Source: Octopus sinensis
Taxonomy: Eukaryota
DNA: 64,000 nt
NCBI RefSeq assembly: GCF_006345805.1
Contig: NC_043002.1
Location: 113,770,001 to 113,834,000, forward strand
Reading direction: 5' to 3'
Under the pieces are notes generated by a model. The model was given only the letters and a program-made list of their open reading frames with translations, did not search any database and was not told where the DNA came from. This document shows, piece by piece, positions 1 to 11,900 of the stretch (within the stretch, counting starts at the first letter, position 1; every line of letters begins with the position of its first letter). The position numbers were made by a program, and so were the translations under genes.

Positions 1-274
1 TATCATCTATTTTCAACCTTCACGTATTCGCGGTGCACCCACCCTGCCCACCCCCACCACTAATACCGGATATCTCTTTTTGCTCCATCTATACCGGATG
101 TTGTTTCTCCCACCACCATTATAGGTGTCTACTCTTCGAACCCCCCTCCTCAATACGCTATTTCACCATGCATTACCCTCTTGATATCCTACGTTCTACT
201 TGCCTAAGAACCTGTCATCATTTCTCTGAACCACCCCTCCCCACTGGTGCTCCCCTATATTTCTGTCCCCCCCC

Positions 275-521
275 CACATAAAAAGCACCATCCGAACGTG
301 GCCGATGCCAGACCCCTCTGGCACCTGTGCAGGTGGCACGTAAAAAACACCCACTACACTCGCGGAGTGGTTGGCGTTAGGAAGGGCATCCAGCTGTAGA
401 AACACTGCCAGACTAGACTGGAGCCTGGGGCAGTCCCTAGCTCCCCAGACCCCGGTCGAAACCGTCCAACCCGTGCTAGCGCGGAAAACGGACGTTAAAC
501 GATGATGATGATGATGATGAT
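275..521 (+). mobile_element. Short RTE 3'-end copy (representative of many)
   Basis: Matches the terminal ~250-600 bp of the 22158 element including the (TGA)n tail. Others: 9760-10025, 10985-11585, 14278-14600(-), 15256-15602, 19779-20222(-), 21433-21795, 34743-34931, 34959-35140(-), 45650-45800, 49740-50170. Confidence 0.9.
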
Positions 522-2462
522 ATTTTCTCATTCTTCTCCCCCCTCCCACCACCAAAACCTTGCTATTTTTTTCTTTTCTGCTTCTTCCTTCATGTCTTCC
601 TCCTTCTTTGAAGAAAACAAAGGAGGAAGAGGAAAATGTCCCTTATCCCTCTTTCTTCACCACTTTCCTTACTAATCTTCTTCCTCTTTTTTCTCCTCTT
701 TTAAATTTTCTGTTTCTTTTACCCTCCTCCTCCCTCTGGTCTTGGTACCCCATGTTTCTCAGATGTATAAAATTTGAGTGAAATATTGATGTGAACATTC
801 TCCTATCAGAGACAGAATACATTTAAGTTTCTATCAACATCACCCATCATAACTATTTCATCTTCAACTTAAAGATATATTTCTAATCTTTTTTTATGGC
901 TAAAACTCTGAGTAAGAACCCACTGTATGATAACCAAAAGACCAGTATTGTAACCTAATATGATCTTGTCTAGCTTTATTGAAGTGAAGATGACTCTAGG
1001 CAGATAATAAGTATAGAAATATTACCTTTTGGTATTAATGTTGCTTTTGTCGATAATAATTATTTTTTCAGATAATATATCATCAGTATCATATAATGTC
1101 TACTTTTCCATGGCTTGATTGGATCAGGTGAAACATTTTCATTTCATTGAAACATTTTCTATAGCATGATACGCTTCTTGTTGCCAACCCTCACCTGTTT
1201 CCAATCAAGGTAATATTACTCATTGGTCAGGTGTGTTTAGCACAGAAGACAAGAAACAAATGACTCAAGTTGTATGATGGCGACTGAGAATCGCCATGTC
1301 CACCTCTTCTGCAAGTTCCATCCATTTTACACCACTGATAGCCTCCATGTATGTATGTCATCATCATCATCATCATCATCATCCTTTAGCGTCTGTTTCT
1401 CGTGCTGGCATGCACAGGTAGTCTTCTCTTTTGCACATTACATCTGATGCTTCTTAGATTCAGTTTTTTCTCAGCCATATCAAATGGTGGTTCCAAATGG
1501 AACCACCATTTGATATCAAGACAAAGATACACAAACACACACGCGTGCACACGCATACATGCAACAGTTTTTTTTTTGGTATCTGTCTACCAACTCCACT
1601 CACAAAGAGTTGGTTGGCCCCATGGATATAGTAAAAGAAGCTCAAGGTGCCACCCAGTGAGACTGAACCTGATACCATATGGTTGGGAAGCAAGCTTCTT
1701 AACCACAGTTATACATACTTATCCATACTCATATATTCACACTAACATTTATAAACAAGTGTTGAGAAGTATAGACTAACACATTGCCTCATAAAAATGA
1801 AACCAAGCCCTTTTTATATCCTGACAAATGTGCTTACCATTGCACTACCTGACAGGAGACATCGTTCCTCCTCAAAAACAAGCATTTGAATGCTGTCTTT
1901 ACAATCCCAAGCTTTTATTTCAACATAAATCCATCACAAACTCTTTACTCTTTACTCTTTACTCTTTACTCTTTACTCTTTACTCTTTTACTTGTTTCAG
2001 TCATTTGACTGCGGCCATGCTGGAGCACCGCCTTTGGTCGAGCAAATCGACCCCGGGACTTATTCTTTTGTAAGCCCAGTACTTATTCTATCAGTCTCTT
2101 TTGCCGAACCACTAAGTGACGGGGACATAAACACACCAGCATCGGTTGTCAAGCAATGCTAGGGGGACAAACACACATACACACATATATATATATATAT
2201 ATACATATATACAACAGGCTTCTTTCAGTTTCCGTCTACCAAATCCACTCACAAGGCATTGGTCGGCCCGGGGCTATAGTAGAAGACACTTGCCCAAGAT
2301 GCCACGCAGTGGGTCTGAACCCGGAACCATGTGGTTGGTTAGCAAGCTACTTACCACACAGCCACTCCTGTATATATGATGTATCATTATTAATTTTTAA
2401 ATGTTTTTTATTTGTTTGTTTTTTAAAGAAAATATAACAGTTTGTATTTCTTTCTTTTTCAG

Positions 2463-2561
2463 TTGGAAAATGTAGCTATAACCTTTGACGGTGGGCGAAC
2501 GATGAACTTTGCCGAAGCTGCACTTCTCATTCAAGGTTCAACGTGTGTCTATAGTAGAAAG
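2463..2561 (+). CDS. NCAPH2: NCAPH2 exon ([33 protein letters not shown])
   Basis: tttttcag acceptor, GTGAGG donor; N-terminal kleisin motif. Confidence 0.95.
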
Positions 2562-4940
2562 GTGAGGGAAGATTTATGGTTGTTTCACTATAAAATCTGT
2601 CGTTAGAGTAAAAAGAGAAAGCAATAAAATGTGTAATGAAACTGTTTTTATGATACAGTCATCTTCACCATCATTTAACATATATTCTCCCATGCATTCA
2701 TGAGTAGGATGGTTGACATGAGCCGGTCAGGTAGGAAATATCTACCTTAGGCTACTGTGTCTGTTTTGGTAAGGATTTTACAGTTGGCTGCCCTTCCTAA
2801 CACCAACCACTCTGCAGAGTGGACTCAGTGCTTTTCACATGGCACTAGCACAGGCGAGGTTAGTTTTGGCATTATTTCTACGGCTGGATGCCCTTCCTAA
2901 TGCCAACCACTCCGTGAGTGTTGTGGGTGCTTTTTACGTGCCATCCGCACAGGTGCCAGACGGCCCTTCCAAATGCCAACCATGTTACAGTGTCCACTGG
3001 ATGCTTTTAACATGGCACCAACACTGTCATAGTAACCAAGCAGTTCATAAGACAAGGAATTATGAGAGGAGCAGGGCATTTGAGGAGGGGAACTTCAGAG
3101 GACGAAAGGTTAAAGTGTGATAAAGAGACAGAAGCAGGTGTCTTGTCACAACTGAGAGGGCGTTAGGGGAAGTGATCCAGCATCAGATGATGAAAGGTTA
3201 GTGTAACAGAGAAATAGACAGGCAGAAATTGGTGTCTTGCTATAGAGGAGGTACATGGTTACCCAGGGGGTGAGAGAAAAGAGAATGAGAGAGAGGTGCA
3301 AGAAAGTGGCCAGAATTAAGTGTGCTGATGTAAAGGAGATAGTTGGTTACCTGGTCAGAGAAAAATACAAGAGAAAGTGAGAGAGAGTAGGAAACAGCAA
3401 AAGGGAGAGCTGAATTGAGTGCTAGGGTATATTCATGAGTAACAAGGATCTAAGCATTGAAATTAGATAGAAAAATAGTGTGTGGGTGGAGCAGCGATAC
3501 AGTGAGCAGGGCAGTGAAGGCAAGAAAGAGGACTGGCAAACAATCATAATTTATGAAGTGGAAATGCAAGAAAGAGAAATTTTGCAGATAGAAGTTTCTT
3601 CAGGTGGAGCAGGTGAAGTGTTGTTACCTGTTGGTGGGACACAACTCTTCTAGCATTTAATGTCTTTTCCTTACTAGCATGGGTAAGATGGTTTGCCAGG
3701 CTCCTATCTGTTTTGGCTTGGTTTCCTAATGCCAATCACTCCACAGAGTGCACTGGATGCCTTTTACATGTCACCTGCACAAATGCCTTTTACATGTCAC
3801 TGGCATGGGTGCCTTTTATGTGTCACTGGCACAGATGCCATTTACGAGTCACCATTACTTGTCATGACTATGATTTCACTTAGCTTGACACTGTCCATGG
3901 CTATGATATCTTTATATATAAAAGTGAGGTTGTGTGCTGTCTGTCTCCTACGATTTAGATTCCTAACTACTCCCACATTTTGCGGTGCAGTTTAACCAAA
4001 AGCGGGTATCTTATAGTCGTGATTCATATCGAGCCCTTCTGGGTATTAGTGCGCGTCTACGATGGATCTACGATTTAAAAAAAATTTACCATCAATTTTT
4101 CCCAGTTTTAATGCATTTTTGGCATATATAAGGGAAGTAACTCTCTAAAAATTTATTATTAAATCTCAGAACGTAAAAAACTACAGTAACACCCCCCTTT
4201 GTGGTTAGCCATATTGAGATGGCTATTATACTTTACATCTCTAAAAATGCTTATATAGTTATTTCCCTTACAAACCCGAGCAACGCTGGGCGATACTGCT
4301 AGTATTTTATATAGCCAAAGTCCAGCAGATTAATGTGAGCAATTCTAACTTGAATATAATTAATTTAAAGTAATACCTTCTTTTAAGATTCCTTTTGTGT
4401 TTTATTAACATATTTTGTTATTTTTCTTGTTTCAGGTTGAATATTTATATGCATTAGTTTATGAAGTCTTGGATCTTTTGGTTAACAAAAGGTAAATAAT
4501 ACTTAACTTGCAAAATCTGTTTTAAAATTTAACTTTTCTGTTTCTTGTCTTTTAAGTTATTTACTTATTTTCAACATCGTTGTCATTATCCTTCTTATAA
4601 TGCCATCTTTTCCATGCTTGCATGGGCCATACAAGTCATTAAAGCAGATTTGTGGTAATTCCTTCTGGGTTCAAATGCTTCCAGGGTTGACTTTCCTTTC
4701 ATCCTTTCAGGGTCAATAAAATGAGTACCAGTTGAGAACTGGGGTTGATGTTATCGACTTAGCCCCTACTCAGAAATTGCTGGCCTTATAACAAAATTTG
4801 AAACCAACATTTCCACTTGGTCAGACATACTTTTCGTGGAAAATTGGAAACGAAGGACACTGCTTGTATGACTGATATTCATTTACAATTATTACACGAT
4901 GTCAAAACAGGGAGATACTAACACACACACACACACACAC

Positions 4941-4972
<32 letters not shown>

Positions 4973-7900
4973 GTAACAACAAAAGAATGAGACCTTGATA
5001 TTAGAATAGAGGATTATTTATATATATTATAATTTAGAACAAATAGTAAAAGGTTGTCATTTTAGTGCTCGGAGTTTTGAATGTCAGAGCGAAGAGCTAT
5101 GATACACTCTTGTCAGCTACTAATGGCAACAGATGCTATGAAAAACTGTTGAAGAAAAGGGAAGTTACTCTAATAGGTAGAAAAAGGAAAAGGATAAAAA
5201 ATACATGCAACCATATTCTCACAATACATAGACATAAACCTCCTGCATTCACAACAGCTATATACGTACACACTCACACAAACGTATATGTATATGCTCA
5301 TACACACACATATATATATATATGTATATGTGTACGCAACCTCAACCTCATATACACATAAGTGCTTACATGCATATATGTAACATAGTACATATATATT
5401 TAGACATTTATACGTATATATATATATATACAGACCTACATTCACACTCCTGCATATATACAAGCATATGCATTTCCGTATAAATGAAAGTTGCACATAT
5501 GCACCAGACACAGTCTTACATTCATATACATACATATACACATTCACAGACAGACACCTACACACACACACAATTAAAAAGGAAAAAATGAAAAAAATAT
5601 GTATAAAAAAATTTTTAATTAATGGAAGTTGTGCAGGAACATAGAAGAAATGTGGATTCTAACTGTGATCTTGTGGGGCCCAAAACTATAACAGGTATTT
5701 TGTGATGTGTGGACATGATCCAAAAAGTTCAGCCCTTGAATTTAAACATGTAGTGGGGTCCAAGGAACTTTTTCAGATGAGCCATCTTTCCATATTACAA
5801 AGACCGTACTTGCCGCTACTTTTGGTATGTTTACACATGGCTAAGATCTGACTGGAAATTTTGTAGTTGACATCTTGTCCTTTTAAAAACCACACTTAAC
5901 TGGTTAATTTGGTAGTTTTTCATTTATTCCAGTGTCTGAAGCTTAAGATGTAATTGTTGAATCTTGCTTCGAAATTTCCCTCTGTGAGACGCACATATCT
6001 CTTGGATGAAACTGTATTATTGGTGCTCGTGAAATTTACGGTGGCTTCATAGATAATGACCTCGGTCATACAGGCTCCATTTAGTGGGCACAAGTCTTTC
6101 TCCGTGCATGAACAGTTTTTCAATGGTTTTCCATAGTGTCTGTTGCCATAAATACCCAGTGTGCTATTCACTCTCTGCTCCGAGTACTATAATGACAACC
6201 TTTTACTGCTCTAAATTATAACACACACACACACACACACATACATATATAGTGGGTGCTTTTTACGTGCCACCGGCACAGGTATCACAACTACAATTTC
6301 CATTTGATTTTTTTTTTTATGTTGAGGCCTCCTCAAGCACAGCAGGTCGTCCTGTGATCCAAGGCACTTTGGAAGGGCTGGGGCTTCTATGTAAAGCTGG
6401 TGCAGGAAACAGCCATGAACTCACGTGATTTGTTGGGTCTTCACAGTCACAGCATATCTCCAGAGGTCTCGATCTTTCGTCATTGCCTCTGTGAGACCCA
6501 ATGTTCGAAGGTCATGCTTCACCACCTCATCCCATGTCTTCCTGGGTCTACCTCTACCCCGGATTCCTTCAACTGTTTGGGAGTGGCACTTCTTCACACA
6601 TCGCTCCTCATCCATCCGTAGTACATGACCATACCAATGCAAGCGTCTCTCTTGCACACCACATCCAATGCTTCTTATGTCCAGCATTTCTCTCAGGGCG
6701 TTACACTTTGTCATGTGTGCACACTAACATTACACATCCAGTGGATCATGCTAGCTTCATTTCTTTCAAGCCTATGCATGTCCTCTGCAGTCACAGCCCA
6801 TGTTTCACTGCCATGAAGCATGGCAGTTCGCACACATGCGTCGTACAATCTACCTTTCACTCTGAGCGAGAGACCCTTTGTTGCCAGTAGGGGTAGTAGC
6901 TTTCTAAACTTTGCCCAGGCTATTCTTATTCTAGTGATAACACTCTCTGAGCATCCACCCCCACTACTAACTTGGTCACCTAGGTAGCGAAAACTATCAA
7001 CTACTTTTAGTTTCTCCCCCAGGAGTGTAATGGAATGTTTTCTGAGTATCAATGGTGTCTATTGCACCTGTGCATCTGCCGCACACGAAAGCTACCTTCT
7101 TGGTTAATTTTCCTTTGATGGTGCTGCCCCTCTTATGTGTCCATAGCTTACACTGGGTACATCTTATGGAGTTTCTACCTACACCTTTTCTACAAATTGA
7201 GCAGGGCCACCTTCCTGAAGGGGTGTGTGGTGTGTTTGCCTTGCTACTTACTATAACTTTGGTCTTTGCTACATTGACTCTAAAACTAGCTTCCACACCT
7301 GAAATTTCTTTTCTAGTTCCAGTAGTGATTCTGTTATGAGGGCCAGGCGTTGGACAAAATAATGGAGACACCTTAAAATTTCAAACAAGTTTATTTCAAT
7401 ATGGAGTAGGACTGCCTTTGGCAGTAATTACAGATTGAATTCTAAGAGGTATGGACTCATACAAGGTTTGAATTGTTTCCAAAGGAATTTTTGTCCATTC
7501 TTCAGTTAAAACAGTCTCCAGTTCTTGTAGTGATGATGGTGGAGGATATCAACTCCTTACTTGTTTTTCTAAAATGCACCATAAATCATCATCATCGTTT
7601 AACGTCGTTTAGTAATATTGAGATCTGGGGACTGTGGTGGCCAGATAAGATGTTCAACTTCACTAGAATGTTCCTTGTGCTATTCAGTAACAACTCTAAG
7701 GCCTTTTGATTCTAAACCTTGCTTCCACACCTGAAATTTCTTCTCTAGTTCTGGTAGTGATTCTGCTATGAGCACCAGGTCGTCAGCATAGAGGAGCTCC
7801 CAGGAGCAACCCATCTTGGATTCCTCTGTTATTGCCTGGAGGACTAAGATGAATAAAAGGGAACAGAGGGCTGATCCTTGGTGGACCCCTACTTCTACCT

Positions 7901-8940
7901 GGAATTCTTCATTATGCTCATTGCCAATCCTAACCTTACTAACGGCCTCTCTGTATAGGGCCTGTACAGCCCTTATTAACCATTCGTCAATCCCCAGTTT
8001 CCGCATCAATCACCAGATAAGGGATCGGGGGATCCTGGCAAAGGCTTTCTCCAAGTCCACAAAAGTTAAGTACAGGGGTTTATCTTCAGCTTGGTAGTTC
8101 TCCTGTAGTTGTCAAACCAGGAATATAGCATCAGTGGTGCTTCTACCTGGCACAAAAACGAACTGCATCTCATCTAAGCAAATTCTCTCCCTAATGAGAT
8201 GGGCTATGATCCTCTCCATGACCTTCATCACCTGATCCAGCAGTTTGATACCCCTGTAGCAGTTGACTATGGTGCTGCTACCCCAGTCATTGGGTATGAC
8301 TCCATCATGAACTACCTGGTTTACAATGCAGGTGACTAGGCCATAGCCCACACCACCAGATATTTTAAGCATCTCAGCAGTGATTCCTGATGGGCTGGGG
8401 GCTTTTCCTGGCTTCATACCCTTAATTGCTTTATCTACCAGGGAGCTGTCTATTTGGATAGCTAGTCCCTCTACTGGGTCAACATTTGGCAGGCTCTCTT
8501 CCCATTCATTCTCCGTGTTCAGCAGTCTTTCATAATGACTTCTCCAAACTTCTTTCTTTTCAGAATCATTAAAAGCAAGTGCACCATCATCCATGCAGAC
8601 ACACTTCTCTCATCTATTTTCATTCCTCCATTTCACTCCCTATTTCGTATCTTATCTAAATTAACTATTGTTTAACCATTTTCTCACACCGTCTCCGATG
8701 AAGGGATATAATAAATATCCTGGAAACAGCTGAAAGACCTTCTATTTATAAATATTCTAAAATCTTCACAGCCTTTGTTTTTTTTTTATCTCATTCTGAA
8801 AAAAAGATTTTGTATATATACACACGCTGATATATGACCTATGTTGGAGGCCTTATTTGCATAACCACCAAACCTGGAGTTTAACTATGGTCTATCCATT
8901 GCACTTACTCAGTATTACCTGACACCATTACCTCTCATAA

Positions 8941-8999
<59 letters not shown>

Positions 9000-11900
9000 A
9001 GCCACTACACACATTTTTTTTCTCTCCTTGTTTTTTCTGTGTCCCTTTCTGTAGAAGAGCTTTGGCTCGAAACATAAAAGACTTTTTCTATTCCTGAACG
9101 TTATACTAATACATCTGTTTGTTTTGTACACCACCTGTCTTCGTCTTTTGTTTTTTTCGTAAACTCTCCCTATATATATATACATATATATAGGTGCTGG
9201 CATGGTTGATTTTTTTTCATCTTTGCCAGGTTTTAAAAAGAGTCATTTTAGAGACCAATGCTTTACTAAAATTTAAGATTACTGAATAGAGTGTCTTTGG
9301 AAAATCATTTACCTGTATTGTAGCATTCAAATTTCAAATCTTCCAAGAAATGAAAAATATGTACTGATTGATAAGCCTGCTCTAGATCTTGTTCGTAACC
9401 AAGGAGAGACATCTGTCAACCTTGTTAACACAAGGAGATTTATTCTTGCATATTTTGTGTATTGAACAATCTATCTCTTAGTTGCAACTGGCAGAGAAAT
9501 TAATAGTAAAAATCTTTGGTGGGATTTGACTCCATCATCTATTCTCAGTTTTTAGCTCAAACACATATCTTATATATATACACACACTGATATATAACCT
9601 ACACATATCACACCAGTCCTTTTTCCTAGTGACTTATTGACTGCATTATATGAAATTAATGAAATGCTATTTTGCTTGGATGAGGATTTAACATTTTAAA
9701 TTCCCTGCAGATAACAATCTAAATTAACAGTTGCTAGAATGGGGGAGAATAATAATAGAAAAAGTCGCCTGGCCTCCGTGCCGGTGGCACGTAAAAAGCA
9801 CCATCCGTCCGTGGCCGTTTGCCAGCTCCATCTGGCTCCTGTGCGGGTGGCATGTAAAAAGCACCCACTACACTCTCGGAGTGGTTGGCGTTAGGAAGGG
9901 CATCCAGCCGTAGAAACACTGCCAGATCAGACTGGGTCTGATGCAGCCTTCTGGCTTCACAGATCCCAGTTGAACTGTCCAACCCATGCTAGCATGGAAA
10001 GCGGATGCTAAATGATGATGATGATGAGATGGATTCCTGTTGACTTTAATACCTCTGTCTCTACATTGTTGGACATAGTTTGCATATTTGCAGAATGAAT
10101 GATGACATTTCATAATGATAATCATTAGCTGGTGTCTAATTTTTTTGTACATGAGAAAACTGAAAGCTTATTGATCTATTTTGTTCAATTTACAAGATAA
10201 TATTTAGTACTTATTCTATCGGTCTCTTTTGCCGAACCGCTAGATAACACACCAGTATCGGTCGTCATGCAATGCTAGGGGGACAAACACAGACACACAA
10301 ACACACACACGCATATATATATATACATATATACGACGAGCTTCTTTCAGTTTCCGTCTACCAAATCCACTCACAAGGCATTAGTCGGCCCGAGGCTATA
10401 GTAGAAGACACCTGCCCAAGGTGCCATGCAGTGAGTCTGAACCCGGAACCATGTGGTTGGTAAACAAGCTACTTGCCACACAGCCACTCCTGCACCTGGT
10501 TCATAATTAATGACCTTTTTTTTTTTTTGTTGTAAATTAAATTTAAAAAAACAGTCATTAATTAAACATCAACCCAATAGAATATAATAAAATTTCTGAT
10601 TTCCGAAATATGAATTGTTACCTTTCTGTTGATGCTGTCCTTGTTCTGATGCTCATTTCTGCTATTTTCCTAAGTATTTCATGTCTTTCATGTCTTTTCC
10701 ATTGCTATTCAACAGAAGAAAGGATTAGCATCTCGGCTGCAACAATAGAAGTTTAGTTTTCATTTCTATACTCATCAGCTTATGTTTTTATTGCTTTCTT
10801 CTTCTTCTCAATTCTAGACGGAATAAACAGAGCAATGACAAAGGTGACAATGCAGCCGATGACCCTGATGTCACATTTGGTGGAGATGACTTAGAGGTAT
10901 GTCAGAGTTCATCTTACTTTCAACTCAATGAAATGCTAAGTATTTTGCCCAGTGTGCTAACGATTCTGCCATCTTGCCACCCTTACAACCATTGAGTCCA
11001 GCCCACTTATGCATGCCTTTCCTCCCTTGGACACACAAAGACCTGTTGAGGCAAGCGAAGTCGATATCGAACCTCATCCGACGACAGGCACCCATGCCAA
11101 CCCCCTTTTGCTTGCGAAGACCTGTTGGGGCAAGTGAAATCGAAATCGGAATCGAAATTGAACCAATCCTATGACTGGCACCCGGCAGATGCCAGGACCC
11201 CTGGACTGGTGGTACGTAAAAAGCACTATCCGAATCGTGGCTGATGCCAGCGCCGCCTCGACTGGCACGTAAAAAGCACCATCCGAATCGTGGCCGATGT
11301 CAGTGCCGCCTCGACTGGCTTCCGTGCCAGTGGCACGTAAAATGCACCAATCCGACCGTGGCCGTTGCCAGCCTCGCCTGGCACCTGTGCCGGTGGCACG
11401 TAAAAAGCACCCACTACACTCACGGAGTGGTTGGCATTAGGAAGGGCATCCAGCTGTAGAAACACTGCCAGATCAGACTGGAGCCTGGTGCAGCCTTCTG
11501 GCTTCCCAGACCCCAGTTGGACCGTCCAACCCATGCTAGCATGGAGAACGGACGTTAAACGATGATGATGATGATGATGATGACTGACATTGAGGAGTTG
11601 GTCTGGCAAAATTATTAATTCTTGCATGTTCTGAAATCAAGTCCTGCTAAAGTTAGCATTACTTTTCAACTCCTGTAGGCTCAATACCATATTTTCCTGG
11701 CATACAAGTCAAATTTATCAGACCAAACACATTGCTAAAATTGCCAAGAAGGCTGAGGGTGTCTTGGCATCACTCACCAAGTCCTTTGTGAGCCGCTCTC
11801 CGGCTATCTATCTGCGGCTTTATATAGCTATGGTACGACCTCACCTGGAATTTGCATCACCGGTCTGGAACCCCTATCTTGCCCAGGATATTAATCATCT

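Noticed and set aside
1277-1348. ATG GCG ACT GAG AAT CGC (MATENRHVHL) as NCAPH2 first exon
   Set aside because: It lacks the conserved LLQPIRDL..NW motif expected before exon 2463; the real first exon(s) are probably upstream of the window.
5080-5125. GAAGAGC..CTC..GTCAG possible further hammerhead remnant near the Penelope-like end
   Set aside because: Both core segments (CUGA and GAAA) are missing, so it cannot be supported.
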